A DNA stretch of 64,000 nt from positions 224,001-288,000 of the forward strand of contig CAVSGO010000006.1 of NCBI GenBank assembly GCA_963727525.1, written 5' to 3'. Every line of letters begins with the position of its first letter. Position 1 is the first letter of the stretch. Below, piece after piece: positions 40,891 to 51,791 of the stretch. Origin of the DNA: an uncultured bacterium (GTDB lineage: Bacteria > Krumholzibacteriota > Krumholzibacteriia > LZORAL124-64-63). A program made the position numbers and the translations under genes. Below the pieces are notes generated by a model. The model did no database searches. It had not been told where the DNA came from and saw only the letters and a program-made list of their open reading frames with translations.

Positions 40891-43800
40891 GTGCGTATTG
40901 CCCGAGTGCTATCGAGACATGTTATTGCCTGTATGGCAATAAGTTATATCATTATCGCGACGCCCGGACTGGCGCTCGACCCCGAGCGCGACGTCCGCCA
41001 GTACGGTGTCGATGTCTGGACGTCTCTCGACGGGCTGCCCCAGAACTCCATCCAGGCCATCTGCCAGACTGCCGACGGCTATCTGTGGCTGGGCACGCAG
41101 GAGGGACTGGTTCGGTTCGACGGCGTCCGCTTCCTGGTCTTCGACGAGCGCAACACGCCGGCCATCAGCCACAACGATATCCAGTCCCTGGCCAAGACGG
41201 CCGACGGCAGCCTCTGGATCGCCACCTACGGTGGCGGTCTCGTACGTCGCCAGGGCGATACGTTCACCGCAATCGACGTGCCGCACTCGCTCGATGCCAC
41301 CGCTCACGTCATGACGGTGCGCACGGATGCGGACGACCACCTGTGGATCGGCACGCTCGACGAGGGGCTCTTCCTCTGGGACCACGGCCGCTGCGTGCCG
41401 ATCGACATGCCCGCCGAGTACGCCGACTCCGGTATCCTCGCGGAGGCCACGTCGTCCGACGGCACGCTGTGGGTGGGAACCAATCGCGGCCTCGTACGGC
41501 GCACGCCGCGCGGCTGGGATACCGTGACCCTGCCCGGGTACCAGTACCAGGGCGCTGTGTACGCCCTACACGCCGATGCCGACGGGACGATCTGGATCGG
41601 CACCATGGGGCCACTGCTGGCATGGCGCGATGGCACCTTCACCGCCTACCGGCCGGGCGACGACCGCAGCTGGGACTACGTGCGCGTGATCCGGCGCGAC
41701 AGAGAGGGCACGCTCTGGGTCGGCACGTATGGCGGGGGCCTCCTGCGCCTCCAGGGTGGCAAGCTCGCCGGTATCTCCAGCCACGACCTCCTGAACGATG
41801 ACTCGGTCCACGCGCTGATCGAGGATCGCGAGGGCTCGCTCTGGGTGGGCACCTTCCACGGCGGCGTGACGCGACTGCACGACACTCCCTTCGCTGCCCT
41901 CGACACCACGACGGGCCTGCCCACGGATCACGTCCGCGTGGTATGCCGGGCTCGCGACGGATCGCTCTGGCTCGGACTCGATTCGGCCGGACTCGCCCAT
42001 GTCACCGGCGACACCATCGGCATCTACACGACGGAAGACGGCCTTCCCGGCAGCACCGTGCATGCCATCTGCGAGAGCCGCGACGGCAGTCTGTGGCTGG
42101 GGACCGATCGTGGCATCAGCCATCTGGAGCACGGCGTCTTCACCAACACGAGTACCGAGAACGGCCTCGCGCACGACGCGGTGCGCGCTGTCTATGAGGA
42201 TAGCCGCGGCTGGCTCTGGGTCGGGACCAAGGGCGGCGGCGTGACCCGTATGATCGACGGCCGCCTCGAGACCTTCGACGTGGAGCACGGCCTGCCATCG
42301 AACATCGTGCGCTGGATCCACGAGGATCGATCCGGTGACCTGTGGTTCGCGACCGAGTCGGGACTCGTGGTGTGGCGCGACGGCCGTTTCATCACCGTCG
42401 GCGCCGACCAGGGCCTCGCGCAGAGCTATGTCATGCATACCACAGTGGACCCGGACGGTACGCAATGGATCGCCACCTACGGCGACGGCCTCGTACGCTG
42501 GCGTGACGGCGTCGCCACCTATTTGGGGGCGGAGGCGGGCCTGTACGAGACAACCCTCTACTCCGTCACCAGCGATCGGCACGGAAGACTCTGGTTGCCC
42601 TGCAATCGCGGCATCTTCGGCATCGCGAGGCAAGACATCGATCGCTACCTGAAGGGCGAGATCCCGCGGATCCCGACCATCGTCTTCGGGCCGGAGAACG
42701 GCTTCCCCGGAACCGAGTGCAATGGCGGCTCGCAGCCCTCCACGTGGACGCAGCCCGACGGCCGGATCTGGTACACGAGCAACGGCGGCGCGGTGCTCTT
42801 CGATCCGAGCGAGGTGCAGCCCGACCCCATCGCGCCGACCGTGGTGATCGAGGACGTGATCATCGACCGCGTGCCGCGCAGCGCGGTCCAGCTGACGCAC
42901 GTGCCGCCCGGGCGCCGCGATGTCGAGATTCGTTACACGGGTCTCAGCTTCCGCAATCCCCGCGGCGTCCGTTTCCGGTACAAGCTCGAGGGGTTCGATA
43001 CCGACTGGTTCGAGGCCGGTACGCGTCGCGCCGCGTACTACACGAACCTGCCCCCGGGCGACTTCGCATTCCGCGTCTTGGCTTGCAACGCCGACGGCAT
43101 GTGGAACGACATCGGGGCTACCCTGCACTTCGAGCTTGAACCGCGCCTTTACGAGACGGCGCTGTTCAAGAGCCTTTGCCTCGCCGTCGTCGTGATCGGC
43201 TTCATCATGACGTGGCGCTGGCGCGACCGTCAGCTCCAGGTGCGCCAGGACCAGCTCCAGGTGCTGGTGCACGACAAGACGCGGGAGCTCAACGCCGCGA
43301 AGCAGGCGGCCGACATGGCGAACGCCGCCAAGAGCGTGTTCCTGGCGAACATGAGTCACGAGATCCGCACACCCATGAACGCCGTCATCGGCATGACGGA
43401 GCTGATGCGCACGACGGAGCTGGCGCCCGATCAGCGCGAATCGCTGGATATCGTGAGCAGCTCGGCCCGCGCCCTGCTCGATTTGCTGAACGATATTCTT
43501 GATTTCACCAAGATCGAAGCCGAGAAGCTGGAACTCGCGCCGCACGTGTTCGAGGTGCGCGACTTCCTCGACGAGGTCATCCGCACCGTGGCCCTGCGCG
43601 CCGAGGAGAAGGGCCTCGACCTCACCTGCGCCATCGCGCACGACGTGCCGGTACTCCTGATGGGCGACTCCCTACGCCTGCGCCAGATCGTCATGAACCT
43701 CGTGGGCAATGCGATCAAGTTCACCGAGCAAGGAAGCGTGACGGTCACGGTGCGCAATGCCGCGCGCGAGGGCGACGGCGTGCTGCTCGAGTGCCAGGTG

Positions 43801-44892
43801 GTCGACACCGGCGTGGGCCTCTCGCCGGCCGCGCAGGCGCGCATCTTCCATCCTTTCACCCAGGCCGACGCCTCCGTCACGCGCCGACACGGCGGCACCG
43901 GGCTCGGTCTCGCCATCTGCGCCCGGCTGGTCGAACTGTTCGGCGGCACGATCGGCGTGACCAGCGAGGCTGGGCGAGGGTCGTGTTTCACCTTCACCGC
44001 CCGTTTCGCGGTGGCCACGGAGGGCGCCGTCGTGGCCGAGCCCGCAGACCCCGACGAACTGGTCGGCCATCGGGTACTCGTCGTCGATAGCAGCGCGAAC
44101 CATCGACGCCGCGTCACCAAGATTTGCGAGCGCTGGGGAATGGCCGTCGCCGCGGCGCCGACGCCACAGGATGCCCCGAACATGGCCGAGGCGGCCGCGC
44201 TCGTGGGTGAGCCGTACTCGATGGTCATCTTCGAGTATGCGCCGCCTGACCACGACCTGGCGGCCATCTGCCACGAGTGGAGCGGCGGCGACTCGCGGCC
44301 CGACGCCATTCCCGTGCTGGTGACGGCCCGCATGAGCCTGATCGGCCAGGCCCATGGCTGTGCCCACGCCGCGATCCGCGGGCACCTCGTGCGACCCGTC
44401 CGCCAGAAGGACCTGCTCGACGCCGTACGCTCCGTCCTCGGGTCCGATCCGAGTGAAGTCGAGGCGCCTGGCCTGCCGTTGCCGCGGATCAGCCGCGGAC
44501 TCTCGATTCTCGTGGCCGAGGACAACCCGGTGAACCAGCTCGTGGCGCGGCGCCTGCTCGAGCGCGACGGGCACGCCGTGACCATGGTCGCCAACGGACG
44601 CGAGGCCCTGACCGCCCTCGAGAACACGCACTTCGATCTCGTGTTCATGGACGTGCAGATGCCCGAGCTGGACGGCCTCGAGGCGATCCGTATCTGGCGA
44701 GACCGCGAGCAGCAGCGAGATGTCGCGCACCCGGCGCCCATCGTCGCGCTCACGGCCCACGCCATGACGGGCGACCGCGATCGCTGCCTCGCAGCCGGCG
44801 CCGACGACTACCTCACCAAGCCGATCGACGCGGCCGCCCTCAAGGCCATCATCGACCGCCAAGCCTCCGTGCTTCTCGACGGTTCTGCCTAG
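40891..44892 (+). CDS. Hybrid sensor histidine kinase/response regulator with Reg_prop beta-propellers and Y_Y_Y domain
   Basis: Many DxxGxLWxGT repeats; YKLEGFD...[38 protein letters not shown]; degenerate first receiver and intact second receiver (FMDVQMP...KP). Confidence 0.95.
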   Translation: MRIARVLSRHVIACMAISYIIIATPGLALDPERDVRQYGVDVWTSLDGLPQNSIQAICQTADGYLWLGTQEGLVRFDGVRFLVFDERNTPAISHNDIQSLAKTADGSLWIATYGGGLVRRQGDTFTAIDVPHSLDATAHVMTVRTDADDHLWIGTLDEGLFLWDHGRCVPIDMPAEYADSGILAEATSSDGTLWVGTNRGLVRRTPRGWDTVTLPGYQYQGAVYALHADADGTIWIGTMGPLLAWRDGTFTAYRPGDDRSWDYVRVIRRDREGTLWVGTYGGGLLRLQGGKLAGISSHDLLNDDSVHALIEDREGSLWVGTFHGGVTRLHDTPFAALDTTTGLPTDHVRVVCRARDGSLWLGLDSAGLAHVTGDTIGIYTTEDGLPGSTVHAICESRDGSLWLGTDRGISHLEHGVFTNTSTENGLAHDAVRAVYEDSRGWLWVGTKGGGVTRMIDGRLETFDVEHGLPSNIVRWIHEDRSGDLWFATESGLVVWRDGRFITVGADQGLAQSYVMHTTVDPDGTQWIATYGDGLVRWRDGVATYLGAEAGLYETTLYSVTSDRHGRLWLPCNRGIFGIARQDIDRYLKGEIPRIPTIVFGPENGFPGTECNGGSQPSTWTQPDGRIWYTSNGGAVLFDPSEVQPDPIAPTVVIEDVIIDRVPRSAVQLTHVPPGRRDVEIRYTGLSFRNPRGVRFRYKLEGFDTDWFEAGTRRAAYYTNLPPGDFAFRVLACNADGMWNDIGATLHFELEPRLYETALFKSLCLAVVVIGFIMTWRWRDRQLQVRQDQLQVLVHDKTRELNAAKQAADMANAAKSVFLANMSHEIRTPMNAVIGMTELMRTTELAPDQRESLDIVSSSARALLDLLNDILDFTKIEAEKLELAPHVFEVRDFLDEVIRTVALRAEEKGLDLTCAIAHDVPVLLMGDSLRLRQIVMNLVGNAIKFTEQGSVTVTVRNAAREGDGVLLECQVVDTGVGLSPAAQARIFHPFTQADASVTRRHGGTGLGLAICARLVELFGGTIGVTSEAGRGSCFTFTARFAVATEGAVVAEPADPDELVGHRVLVVDSSANHRRRVTKICERWGMAVAAAPTPQDAPNMAEAAALVGEPYSMVIFEYAPPDHDLAAICHEWSGGDSRPDAIPVLVTARMSLIGQAHGCAHAAIRGHLVRPVRQKDLLDAVRSVLGSDPSEVEAPGLPLPRISRGLSILVAEDNPVNQLVARRLLERDGHAVTMVANGREALTALENTHFDLVFMDVQMPELDGLEAIRIWRDREQQRDVAHPAPIVALTAHAMTGDRDRCLAAGADDYLTKPIDAAALKAIIDRQASVLLDGSA

Positions 44893-45174
44893 AAGAATGT
44901 TGATGGCACCGGATAGCTGACAATTCCGATACAGATCACATGGAACATCGTAATTTATGGGCCGTCTTCCTCGACATGTGGCCATTTTCCAACCTTCACG
45001 GCCCCATCAACAATCTTCGAGGCACAATACAGAGTTCATTAATTTTACAAAAAGAGTATAATCATGATAATTTCTTGTTGCTGAACCATTCGATGCGTGA
45101 TAATATTGGTGCTGATTTTGACGCAAGACTCCCTCGCCACGGCGCGGGATAGAGACAACTCGGAGGAACACCCC

Positions 45175-45372
45175 ATGGACACCAAGCAGACGTACAACAG
45201 TCCTCAGATCACGACCGTGCCCCTGCATGTCGGCATTTTCGGCGACTACGGCAATGGCGGCGGTGGCGGTGGCGGTGGCGGCGGCCACCATCACGGCGGT
45301 GGCGGTCACCACGGCGGTGGCTGGCACGGGATCGGTGGCGGCTCGGGTCTGTTCGACGGATCGTCGGACTGA
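45175..45372 (+). CDS. Small Gly/His-rich peptide (65 aa) with YxxP leader-like motif
   Basis: GGAGGA SD; MDTKQTYNSPQITTVPLHVGIFGDYGNG10HHHGGGGHHGGGWHGIGGGSGLFDGSSD; downstream hairpin. Confidence 0.72.
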   Translation: MDTKQTYNSPQITTVPLHVGIFGDYGNGGGGGGGGGGHHHGGGGHHGGGWHGIGGGSGLFDGSSD

Positions 45373-45396
45373 GCCTCGCAAGAACCACGCGGTAGG

Positions 45397-45425
45397 AGGC
45401 GGTCGATCACGCCGATCGACCGCCT
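45397..45425 (+). terminator. Stem-loop after the small peptide gene
   Basis: AGGCGGTCGATC-ACGCC-GATCGACCGCCT, 12-bp perfect stem. Confidence 0.65.
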
Positions 45426-45451
45426 TCGCATGTGTGTGGTAGGATGAGACG

Positions 45452-46003
45452 GTGGCTATCGTTCTCAGTATCCTGCTCGGCATTGGACTCGCGGCGGCGG
45501 TGGGGTTGCGGGTGTTCGTGCCGTTCCTGCTGGTCGCCCTCGTGGCCCACGGCGGGCACGTTCCCCTCGCCCCGCATTTCGCCTGGCTGGCCACACGCCC
45601 GGCGCTCGTGATGCTCGCCGTCGCCACGGTGGCGGAGGTCGCCGCTTACCACGTGCCCGGACTCGATCATGCGCTCGACGTGATCGCGGGCCCGGCGGCG
45701 GTCATCGGCGGTATACTGCTCGTGGCGGCCACCGCGGTCCCCCTTGATCCGGCCATCCGCTGGACGCTCGCCATCATCGCGGGCGGCGGGGTGGCGGGCC
45801 TGGTGCAGACCGGGACGGCTGGCCTGCGCGTGGGCTCCACGATCACCACGGGCGGTTTCGCCAACCCGTTGCTGGCGACCGCGGAAACCGGTGGCGCGGT
45901 GGTGCTCACGGGCCTGGCGCTGGTGATGCCGGTGCTGGTTCTGGTGGCGGTGGTGCCGATCGTGGTGCTCGTGCGCCGCCGACGTCACCGGCGGCCGGCG
46001 TGA
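45452..46003 (+). CDS. DUF4126 domain membrane protein
   Basis: GIGLAAAVGLRVFVP, EVAAYHVPGLDHALD, IIAGGG, TGGFANPLLATAE. Confidence 0.88.
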   Translation: MAIVLSILLGIGLAAAVGLRVFVPFLLVALVAHGGHVPLAPHFAWLATRPALVMLAVATVAEVAAYHVPGLDHALDVIAGPAAVIGGILLVAATAVPLDPAIRWTLAIIAGGGVAGLVQTGTAGLRVGSTITTGGFANPLLATAETGGAVVLTGLALVMPVLVLVAVVPIVVLVRRRRHRRPA

Positions 46004-46091
46004 GTTTGAATAGCGAAACCGGTCATATTTGCTTTTGTATGCAGTCACCGCCGCACTTTCAATCCAAGGATTGATTCCTGGGAGGTTCACC

Positions 46092-46616
46092 ATGGTCACT
46101 TGGTCACGAACTCTGATTTTCGTTCTCGTCGTGCTGGCTTTCGCCGCGCCGGCTCTGGCGGACGGCACCCCGATTCCCGAGGAATGGCTCGGAATCTGGG
46201 AGCAGACGGTCAACATCTACGACTGCGACACCAACGATCTCCTCTTCACGACCACACAGCTCGATACCTTATGCCCCGGAGCCGTCTTCGAGGATCCGGA
46301 CGGCGGGGGCACCACGCTCAACTGCACGACGACCGCCGATGGCTCGTCCTACACGACCCACTGCGAAGGCTCGTCCGAGGTTTTCCCGGGCTGCACCTCG
46401 TCCTTCGTCTACGACGTGACGGGTACCCTTTCGGGCGACTCCTATTCGGCGACCTCGGTCACCAACATCAGTTTCACCGGCGACTGCCAGGATCTGCCCG
46501 ATCAGTGCCAGCGCACCGAACTGAGCGGCACCCGACTGGGCCCGGCGCCGGAGCCGTGCGGGAGTTCCCCGGTGGAACACCAGTCCTGGGGTTCCATCAA
46601 GTCCCTGTATCGCTGA
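46092..46616 (+). CDS. Secreted 8-Cys beta-rich protein with C-terminal SWGSIKSLYR tag
   Basis: GGAGG SD; signal peptide ending APALA; 8 Cys; terminal motif shared with 24802-25968. Confidence 0.8.
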   Translation: MVTWSRTLIFVLVVLAFAAPALADGTPIPEEWLGIWEQTVNIYDCDTNDLLFTTTQLDTLCPGAVFEDPDGGGTTLNCTTTADGSSYTTHCEGSSEVFPGCTSSFVYDVTGTLSGDSYSATSVTNISFTGDCQDLPDQCQRTELSGTRLGPAPEPCGSSPVEHQSWGSIKSLYR

Positions 46617-46776
46617 TGATGACGTAGTCCGATGCGAGGGCCGTCTCTTCCCTTGAGGCGGCCCCGTCCCACCCGTCGCCTCCTGTCTTGCCGGCGTCCC
46701 TGATCAGGTCGATTGTCCCCACGGCCAGCCGTGTGTTAATGTAGGCCCGTGGGGGAGCGAGCCAAGGAGAACCGCC

Positions 46777-48510
46777 ATGCGTTGCCTTACGTTGCGGCGA
46801 ACCATCATTCAGGCTTCGACGCTTGTCCTTCTGGGGCTGGCGCTGAGCCGGGTGCAGACCGCGAGGGCCATCGACCTTCCATCGGATGCGCGCGCACTCG
46901 TGCCGGCGTCGGCGGTGCTGGTCGCTGCGGGTACGTCGCTCGACGACGTCGACCGGGTCTGGGCCAAGCTCGACGGCGCCGAAGCGGGCCCCGACGGACC
47001 GGAGGACGACGAGCCCTCGGTGCGCGAGATGATCACGCGGTTCGCCCCCGACGTGGCACCATATGTGCGAGGCGATCAGCCGCTGGCAGTGGCTCTGGTT
47101 CTCGACGTCGGCGGCGGTCCTCGCCCCTATGCGGTGACCCTCGTATTGCCGGTGAAGCCGGAGGTGCTCAACCCCCCGTTCCTGCGCACGATCACGGGAA
47201 CGCTGACGTCGCGGGTCCGGGGCGGCTACCTGGGACTGTCCATGGAGCCGGGCTATGCGAACCAGGCCACGGGCAACGCCCTGATCGACCATCTGGCCGC
47301 GGGCGTGGTGGCCGTCAGCGTGGACATGCAGACGATCCTGAGCACGCTGCAGCCATTCGTGGAGATGGGCCTGTCCGCGATGGAGCAGCAGGCGCAGGCC
47401 CCGGCCGATTCGACGGGGTCGTCTCAATCCCGGATGACGCCCGAGCAGATCGCCGCGACCCAGACCATGATCCGCGAGCTGATGGCCGGGATGCAGCGCC
47501 TCGATGCGAACGTCGACGATCAGGCCGCCATTCCGCGCTGCGCCGTGACGCTGGCGGGCAAGCCGGGCAGCATCTTCGATCTCGGCCCCCAGCCCGATTT
47601 CCAGCAGGCCGTGGCGCTGGGGCGCTTCCTGCCGGCCGACCTGCCGCTGGCCGAGATCGGGTGCGTGGATGCGACCACGGTGATCGGCCGCTTCCAGCCG
47701 ATGATCGACTCGATGTGCGAGTCCGCCGCGGCGACCATGCCGGACGCCGTGCGCGAAGGCTATACACAGTGGCTGAAGCAGAGCACACAGTTCACCGATC
47801 TATGGTCGCGGCCCTTCGCGTGCGCGTTCGACCTCGGCCCCGACGGCCTGCGCATTGCCGGCGTGGTCGCCATGGATGACGCGCCCACCCAGCTCGAGCG
47901 GATCCTCGCGTTCTACGAGGGCATCGACGCGGCGGGCATGGGCCTCGCGCTCGAGGCGCTCCCGGCGCGCGACATGGCAGGGGTGCACGTGCGCGGGTAC
48001 CGCGTGGTCGTGGACAAGGAGCGCCTCGCCGCGGCCGTGGCAGAGGGTGACGGCAAGGACGCTGAGAAAGCGTTCGAGACCATGGCGCGCCTCTACCCCG
48101 CCATCTGGGCGGCGGCGTTGCCCGGATCGATCGTGTATTGCGCCGACCCCGATCCGGGGGCGATGGGCGATCTCCTGCAGGCCGTGCAGCGCAACCAGGG
48201 CGTACCGAGGCGCGATCTCGCGAGCGCGGTGGACAACGCGGCCCCGCACACGCAGGCGCTCGTGGTGGGCGATCTGCGTCGCTTCCTGCATCATGCCTTC
48301 GCCTGGACGGCGAAGATCGAGGCCGGTCCCCACGCGGCCTTGCCGGAAATCCAGGCAGGCAATCCCGTCCCCTTCGTGGCCGCCTACACCGTCGCGGGTG
48401 CCGAAGCCGGCATGACCATCGACGTCGATCTCGATGCCCTGCACGAGCTGATCTACTCGTTCGAGAAGGCGAAGCAGGAATCGCAGACCGACGACCGCGA
48501 CGCACACTGA
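46777..48510 (+). CDS. Exported hypothetical protein
   Basis: AAGGAG SD, signal peptide, 577-aa ORF with GC3 bias. Confidence 0.7.
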   Translation: MRCLTLRRTIIQASTLVLLGLALSRVQTARAIDLPSDARALVPASAVLVAAGTSLDDVDRVWAKLDGAEAGPDGPEDDEPSVREMITRFAPDVAPYVRGDQPLAVALVLDVGGGPRPYAVTLVLPVKPEVLNPPFLRTITGTLTSRVRGGYLGLSMEPGYANQATGNALIDHLAAGVVAVSVDMQTILSTLQPFVEMGLSAMEQQAQAPADSTGSSQSRMTPEQIAATQTMIRELMAGMQRLDANVDDQAAIPRCAVTLAGKPGSIFDLGPQPDFQQAVALGRFLPADLPLAEIGCVDATTVIGRFQPMIDSMCESAAATMPDAVREGYTQWLKQSTQFTDLWSRPFACAFDLGPDGLRIAGVVAMDDAPTQLERILAFYEGIDAAGMGLALEALPARDMAGVHVRGYRVVVDKERLAAAVAEGDGKDAEKAFETMARLYPAIWAAALPGSIVYCADPDPGAMGDLLQAVQRNQGVPRRDLASAVDNAAPHTQALVVGDLRRFLHHAFAWTAKIEAGPHAALPEIQAGNPVPFVAAYTVAGAEAGMTIDVDLDALHELIYSFEKAKQESQTDDRDAH

Positions 48511-48532
48511 ACCTGGAGCGAAACCTTACCTC

Positions 48533-49630
48533 ATGCCCGATCCCGTGACCGGAGTTCTCGATCCGTCACCGCGCGGTGGCGGCCATCTACGCGATGCCGT
48601 GCGTTCCTTCCAGCCCAATCCGGGCGACCCGTTCGTGACGCCGGCGCTGGTGAAGCAGCACGGCCTCGTGGCGGGTGCGGTGGTGACCGGCCCGGTGACC
48701 GGTGGGCCCAAGGGGGCTCAGCTCACCGCCGTGACGTCGGTGTGCGGCCTCGCGCCAGAGGCGTTCCGCGCGCGCACCCCGCTGACCCAGCGCACGGCCA
48801 TCAATCCCGACCGGCGTTTCCGGCTCGGCGATGGCGGCAATCCCTCGATGCGGGTGATCGAGCTTTTCGCGCCCATCGCACGGGGGACGCGCGCACTCAT
48901 CGTGTCGCCCCCGAAGGCCGGCAAGACCCAGCTTCTCGAGGATCTGGCGGTGGCCATCTCGGCCGATGACCCGCATACCCGCATCGTCGTGCTGCTCATC
49001 GACGAGCGCCCCGAGGAGGTGACACACTTCCGCCGAAGCGTACCCGCGGAGGTGCTGGCGAGCAGCAGCGATCAGAGCGTCGACTCGCACGTACGCGTGG
49101 CCGAGATGTGCGTGGCGCAGGTGCGGTGCGAGGTGGAGTGCGGGCATGACGTTGTGGTACTGATGGACAGCATCACTCGCATGGGCCGCGCCTACAACCA
49201 GCACGGCACCGGCTCGCGTCGCACCCTGAGCGGCGGGCTCGACTCGCGTGCCCTCGAGATCCCGCGCAAGTTCTTCGGCATGGCGCGCAACGTGGAGGGC
49301 GGCGGTTCGGTGACGATCGTCGCCACCGCGCTCGTCGACACGGGATCGCGCATGGACGAGCTGATCTTCGAGGAGTTCAAGGGCACGGGGAACTGCGAGG
49401 TGGTCCTCGATCGCCAGCTCGCCGAGAGTCGCGTGTTCCCGGCCATCGACCTGGCCCGCAGCGGAACCCGCCGCGACGAGCTGCTCTATGGCGAGGACGA
49501 GCTGCAAGCCCTGAATCTGCTGCGGCGCCGCGCCGTGGCCGTGCCGCCGCGCCAGGGCATGGAGGGACTGCTCAAGTTGCTGGACCAGCACGCGTCCAAC
49601 GCCGAGCTGCTGGCGTCGATCCGCGACTGA
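48533..49630 (+). CDS. rho: Transcription termination factor Rho, short form
   Basis: [74 protein letters not shown]. Confidence 0.92.
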   Translation: MPDPVTGVLDPSPRGGGHLRDAVRSFQPNPGDPFVTPALVKQHGLVAGAVVTGPVTGGPKGAQLTAVTSVCGLAPEAFRARTPLTQRTAINPDRRFRLGDGGNPSMRVIELFAPIARGTRALIVSPPKAGKTQLLEDLAVAISADDPHTRIVVLLIDERPEEVTHFRRSVPAEVLASSSDQSVDSHVRVAEMCVAQVRCEVECGHDVVVLMDSITRMGRAYNQHGTGSRRTLSGGLDSRALEIPRKFFGMARNVEGGGSVTIVATALVDTGSRMDELIFEEFKGTGNCEVVLDRQLAESRVFPAIDLARSGTRRDELLYGEDELQALNLLRRRAVAVPPRQGMEGLLKLLDQHASNAELLASIRD

Positions 49631-49680
49631 GCCCCGCGCCAGGCTTTACTCCGCTGCGCGCTCGCAGTACCATGGTGGCG

Positions 49681-50277
49681 ATGAAACTCGTAGGTGTCGT
49701 GCTGGCTGGGGGGAACTCGCGGCGAGCCGGAGTCTTGAAGCCGGCTCACGTGCATGCCGGGAAGTCCTTGCTGGCCCACGCCGTCGATGGGATGGCGCCT
49801 TGGTGTGAGCGTGTGGTCGTGGTCGTCGGCTACCGTGCCGACGAGGTGGCGACGCTCGTGCGCGGACACGATGGGGTGACGACGATCCTGAATCCCATGT
49901 ACACGGCCGGAATGTTCACGTCCGTGCAGACCGGTGTCCAGGCGCTGGACGCCGGCGCGGACGGGTTCTTCGTGCTCCCTGTCGATTGCCCGCTAGTAAG
50001 GGCGAGCACGTATGAGACGCTCGTGGCGTCGTTCGAGCAGGCAGGCGGCAACGTGGCGATCCTGCCGGAGTGCGACGGACGCGGTGGCCATCCCGTGTTG
50101 CTGCCGATGGCGGCGCGCGATACGGTCCTGGCCGAACCTGCAACGAGCCGTTTGCGCGATGTGATGCGCCGGCTGCACCCACGTCGGGTCGCGGTATCGG
50201 ACAGGGGGATCTTGATGGACATCGACACGGCGGCCGACCTCGAGGCCCTTTCCGCGATCGAGGAGGGGACACGATGA
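49681..50277 (+). CDS. MocA/MobA-like nucleotidyltransferase (NTP_transf_3)
   Basis: VVLAGGNSRR, GMFTSVQTG, LPVDCP, GRGGHPVL, DIDTAAD; heads the xdh operon. Confidence 0.85.
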   Translation: MKLVGVVLAGGNSRRAGVLKPAHVHAGKSLLAHAVDGMAPWCERVVVVVGYRADEVATLVRGHDGVTTILNPMYTAGMFTSVQTGVQALDAGADGFFVLPVDCPLVRASTYETLVASFEQAGGNVAILPECDGRGGHPVLLPMAARDTVLAEPATSRLRDVMRRLHPRRVAVSDRGILMDIDTAADLEALSAIEEGTR

Positions 50278-50939
50278 ACGTGGTGCGGTTGGGACGGCGC
50301 ATGGTGCTTGCGGGAGTCTTCTGGGGCGCGATCTGGGGCCTCTATGAGGCCACCGTGGGATTCGCGGTCCACGCCTTCGCGCACATCCCCGGTGCGTCGA
50401 GCACCGTGATGGTGCCGTTCGCGCTGTTCTGCATGTTCAACGCCCTGCGCGCCGGTGGCTCGATCCGCAGCGTGGGCGTGGCGGCAGTCACGGCCGCGTC
50501 CATCAAGCTCATCGATTTTCTCATGGGACCGGTCTCGGCCCTGACGGTCGTGAATCCGGCGGTGGCGATCCTGCTGGAGACTCTCGCGTTCGTGCTCCTG
50601 GCCACGGTCCTCGAGTTGCCGAACCGACGACCTGGGCTGCTGGCGGGAATCGCGGCTCTGCTGGCGTTCAACGTCGGCTGGCGCATCTGTTTCCTCGTGT
50701 ATTACGGCGTGATCGGACTGGTCTGGTCGGTGGGGACGATGGCCGGCGGGTTGCGGGTGCCCCTCGGGTTCCTCATGCGCGACTCGTTGTTGAATACGGC
50801 GGTCGTGGTCGCGCTGGTGGCGCTGGGGCGCCACCGCCAGCGGGAGGTATGGCGGACGCTGCCCCTGCCGCAGCCACGCGGTGTCGTTCTCGTCGTCGCG
50901 CTTGCCGTCCTGTCCGAGGCGGCGAGCCGTTTGCTCTAG
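50274..50939 (+). CDS. Membrane protein of unknown function (about 6 TM)
   Basis: Start coupled to the upstream stop (ATGA) with SD; FWGAIWGLYEATVG, NPAVAILLE. Confidence 0.7.
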   Translation: MNVVRLGRRMVLAGVFWGAIWGLYEATVGFAVHAFAHIPGASSTVMVPFALFCMFNALRAGGSIRSVGVAAVTAASIKLIDFLMGPVSALTVVNPAVAILLETLAFVLLATVLELPNRRPGLLAGIAALLAFNVGWRICFLVYYGVIGLVWSVGTMAGGLRVPLGFLMRDSLLNTAVVVALVALGRHRQREVWRTLPLPQPRGVVLVVALAVLSEAASRLL

Positions 50940-50957
50940 CGCGCCGGGCGGTGCGAC

Positions 50958-51791
50958 GTGACGGATCTCTACAAGACGATCGAGGCCTTGCGCCGGGACG
51001 GGCAGGCCGCCGTCCTGGTGACTGTGGTGGCGAGCCAGGGCCACGTACCCACCGATGTGGCCAGCAAGATGCTCGTGGACGCGTCGGGACGACGGGTCGG
51101 AACCGTGGGCGGCGGGGCCATCGAGCAACGGGCCCTGTTCGACGCGCAGGACGTGCTGCGGCAGCGGCAGCCCCGCCTGCAGGAGTACGTGCTTGACGAC
51201 GCCGAGGCCGTGCACGGCGCGCAGACCGTGCCGATGATCTGCGGCGGCCGCATGACGCTCTTCTTCGACTTCCTCGGGGCGGCCATGCATGCTTATCTCG
51301 TCGGTGCCGGGCACTGCAACCGGGCGCTGGCGCAATACCTCCTGCCGCTCGACTTCGCCGTGACCTTCGTCGACAGCCGTCCCGACCAGCTCGCCGGTCT
51401 CGCCGCGCCCACGTTGCAGGCGGGGGACGACTACGCCACGCTGCCTCTTCTTTCGCAGATCGCGACGAGTCACGTCGTCATCGCTACCCACTCGCACGTG
51501 TGCGACGAGCGTGTGCTCGAGCAGATCCTCGCCGGCGGGGTACGGCCCCCGTACCTGGGTGTGGTCGCCTCGCGGCGCAAGCGTGACGCGATGTTCGCCG
51601 GATTGCGCGAGCGTCTCGGCGCCGATCTGGATCTCGACTGGATCTCCATGCCAGTCGGTCTGCACCTGGGGGGTAATGCGCCGGCGGCCGTGGCCCTGTC
51701 CATCGCCGCCGAGATGCAGGCCTGCCGCCACGGCATCACCGGCCACCGGCACCTGCGCGACCGCGGCGGCGCCGGGCGGGCGACGTCGTGA
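50958..51791 (+). CDS. xdhC: XdhC/CoxI family Moco chaperone
   Basis: GTVGGGAIE, MICGG, GAGHC, VDSRP, THSHVCD, YLGVVAS, PVGL, ALSIAAEM. Confidence 0.9.
   Translation: MTDLYKTIEALRRDGQAAVLVTVVASQGHVPTDVASKMLVDASGRRVGTVGGGAIEQRALFDAQDVLRQRQPRLQEYVLDDAEAVHGAQTVPMICGGRMTLFFDFLGAAMHAYLVGAGHCNRALAQYLLPLDFAVTFVDSRPDQLAGLAAPTLQAGDDYATLPLLSQIATSHVVIATHSHVCDERVLEQILAGGVRPPYLGVVASRRKRDAMFAGLRERLGADLDLDWISMPVGLHLGGNAPAAVALSIAAEMQACRHGITGHRHLRDRGGAGRATS

Noticed and set aside
41100-42800. DNA repeat array or DGR-like repeats in the sensor kinase
   Set aside because: The repeats are degenerate protein-level Reg_prop blades; no near-identical TR/VR pair and no reverse transcriptase.
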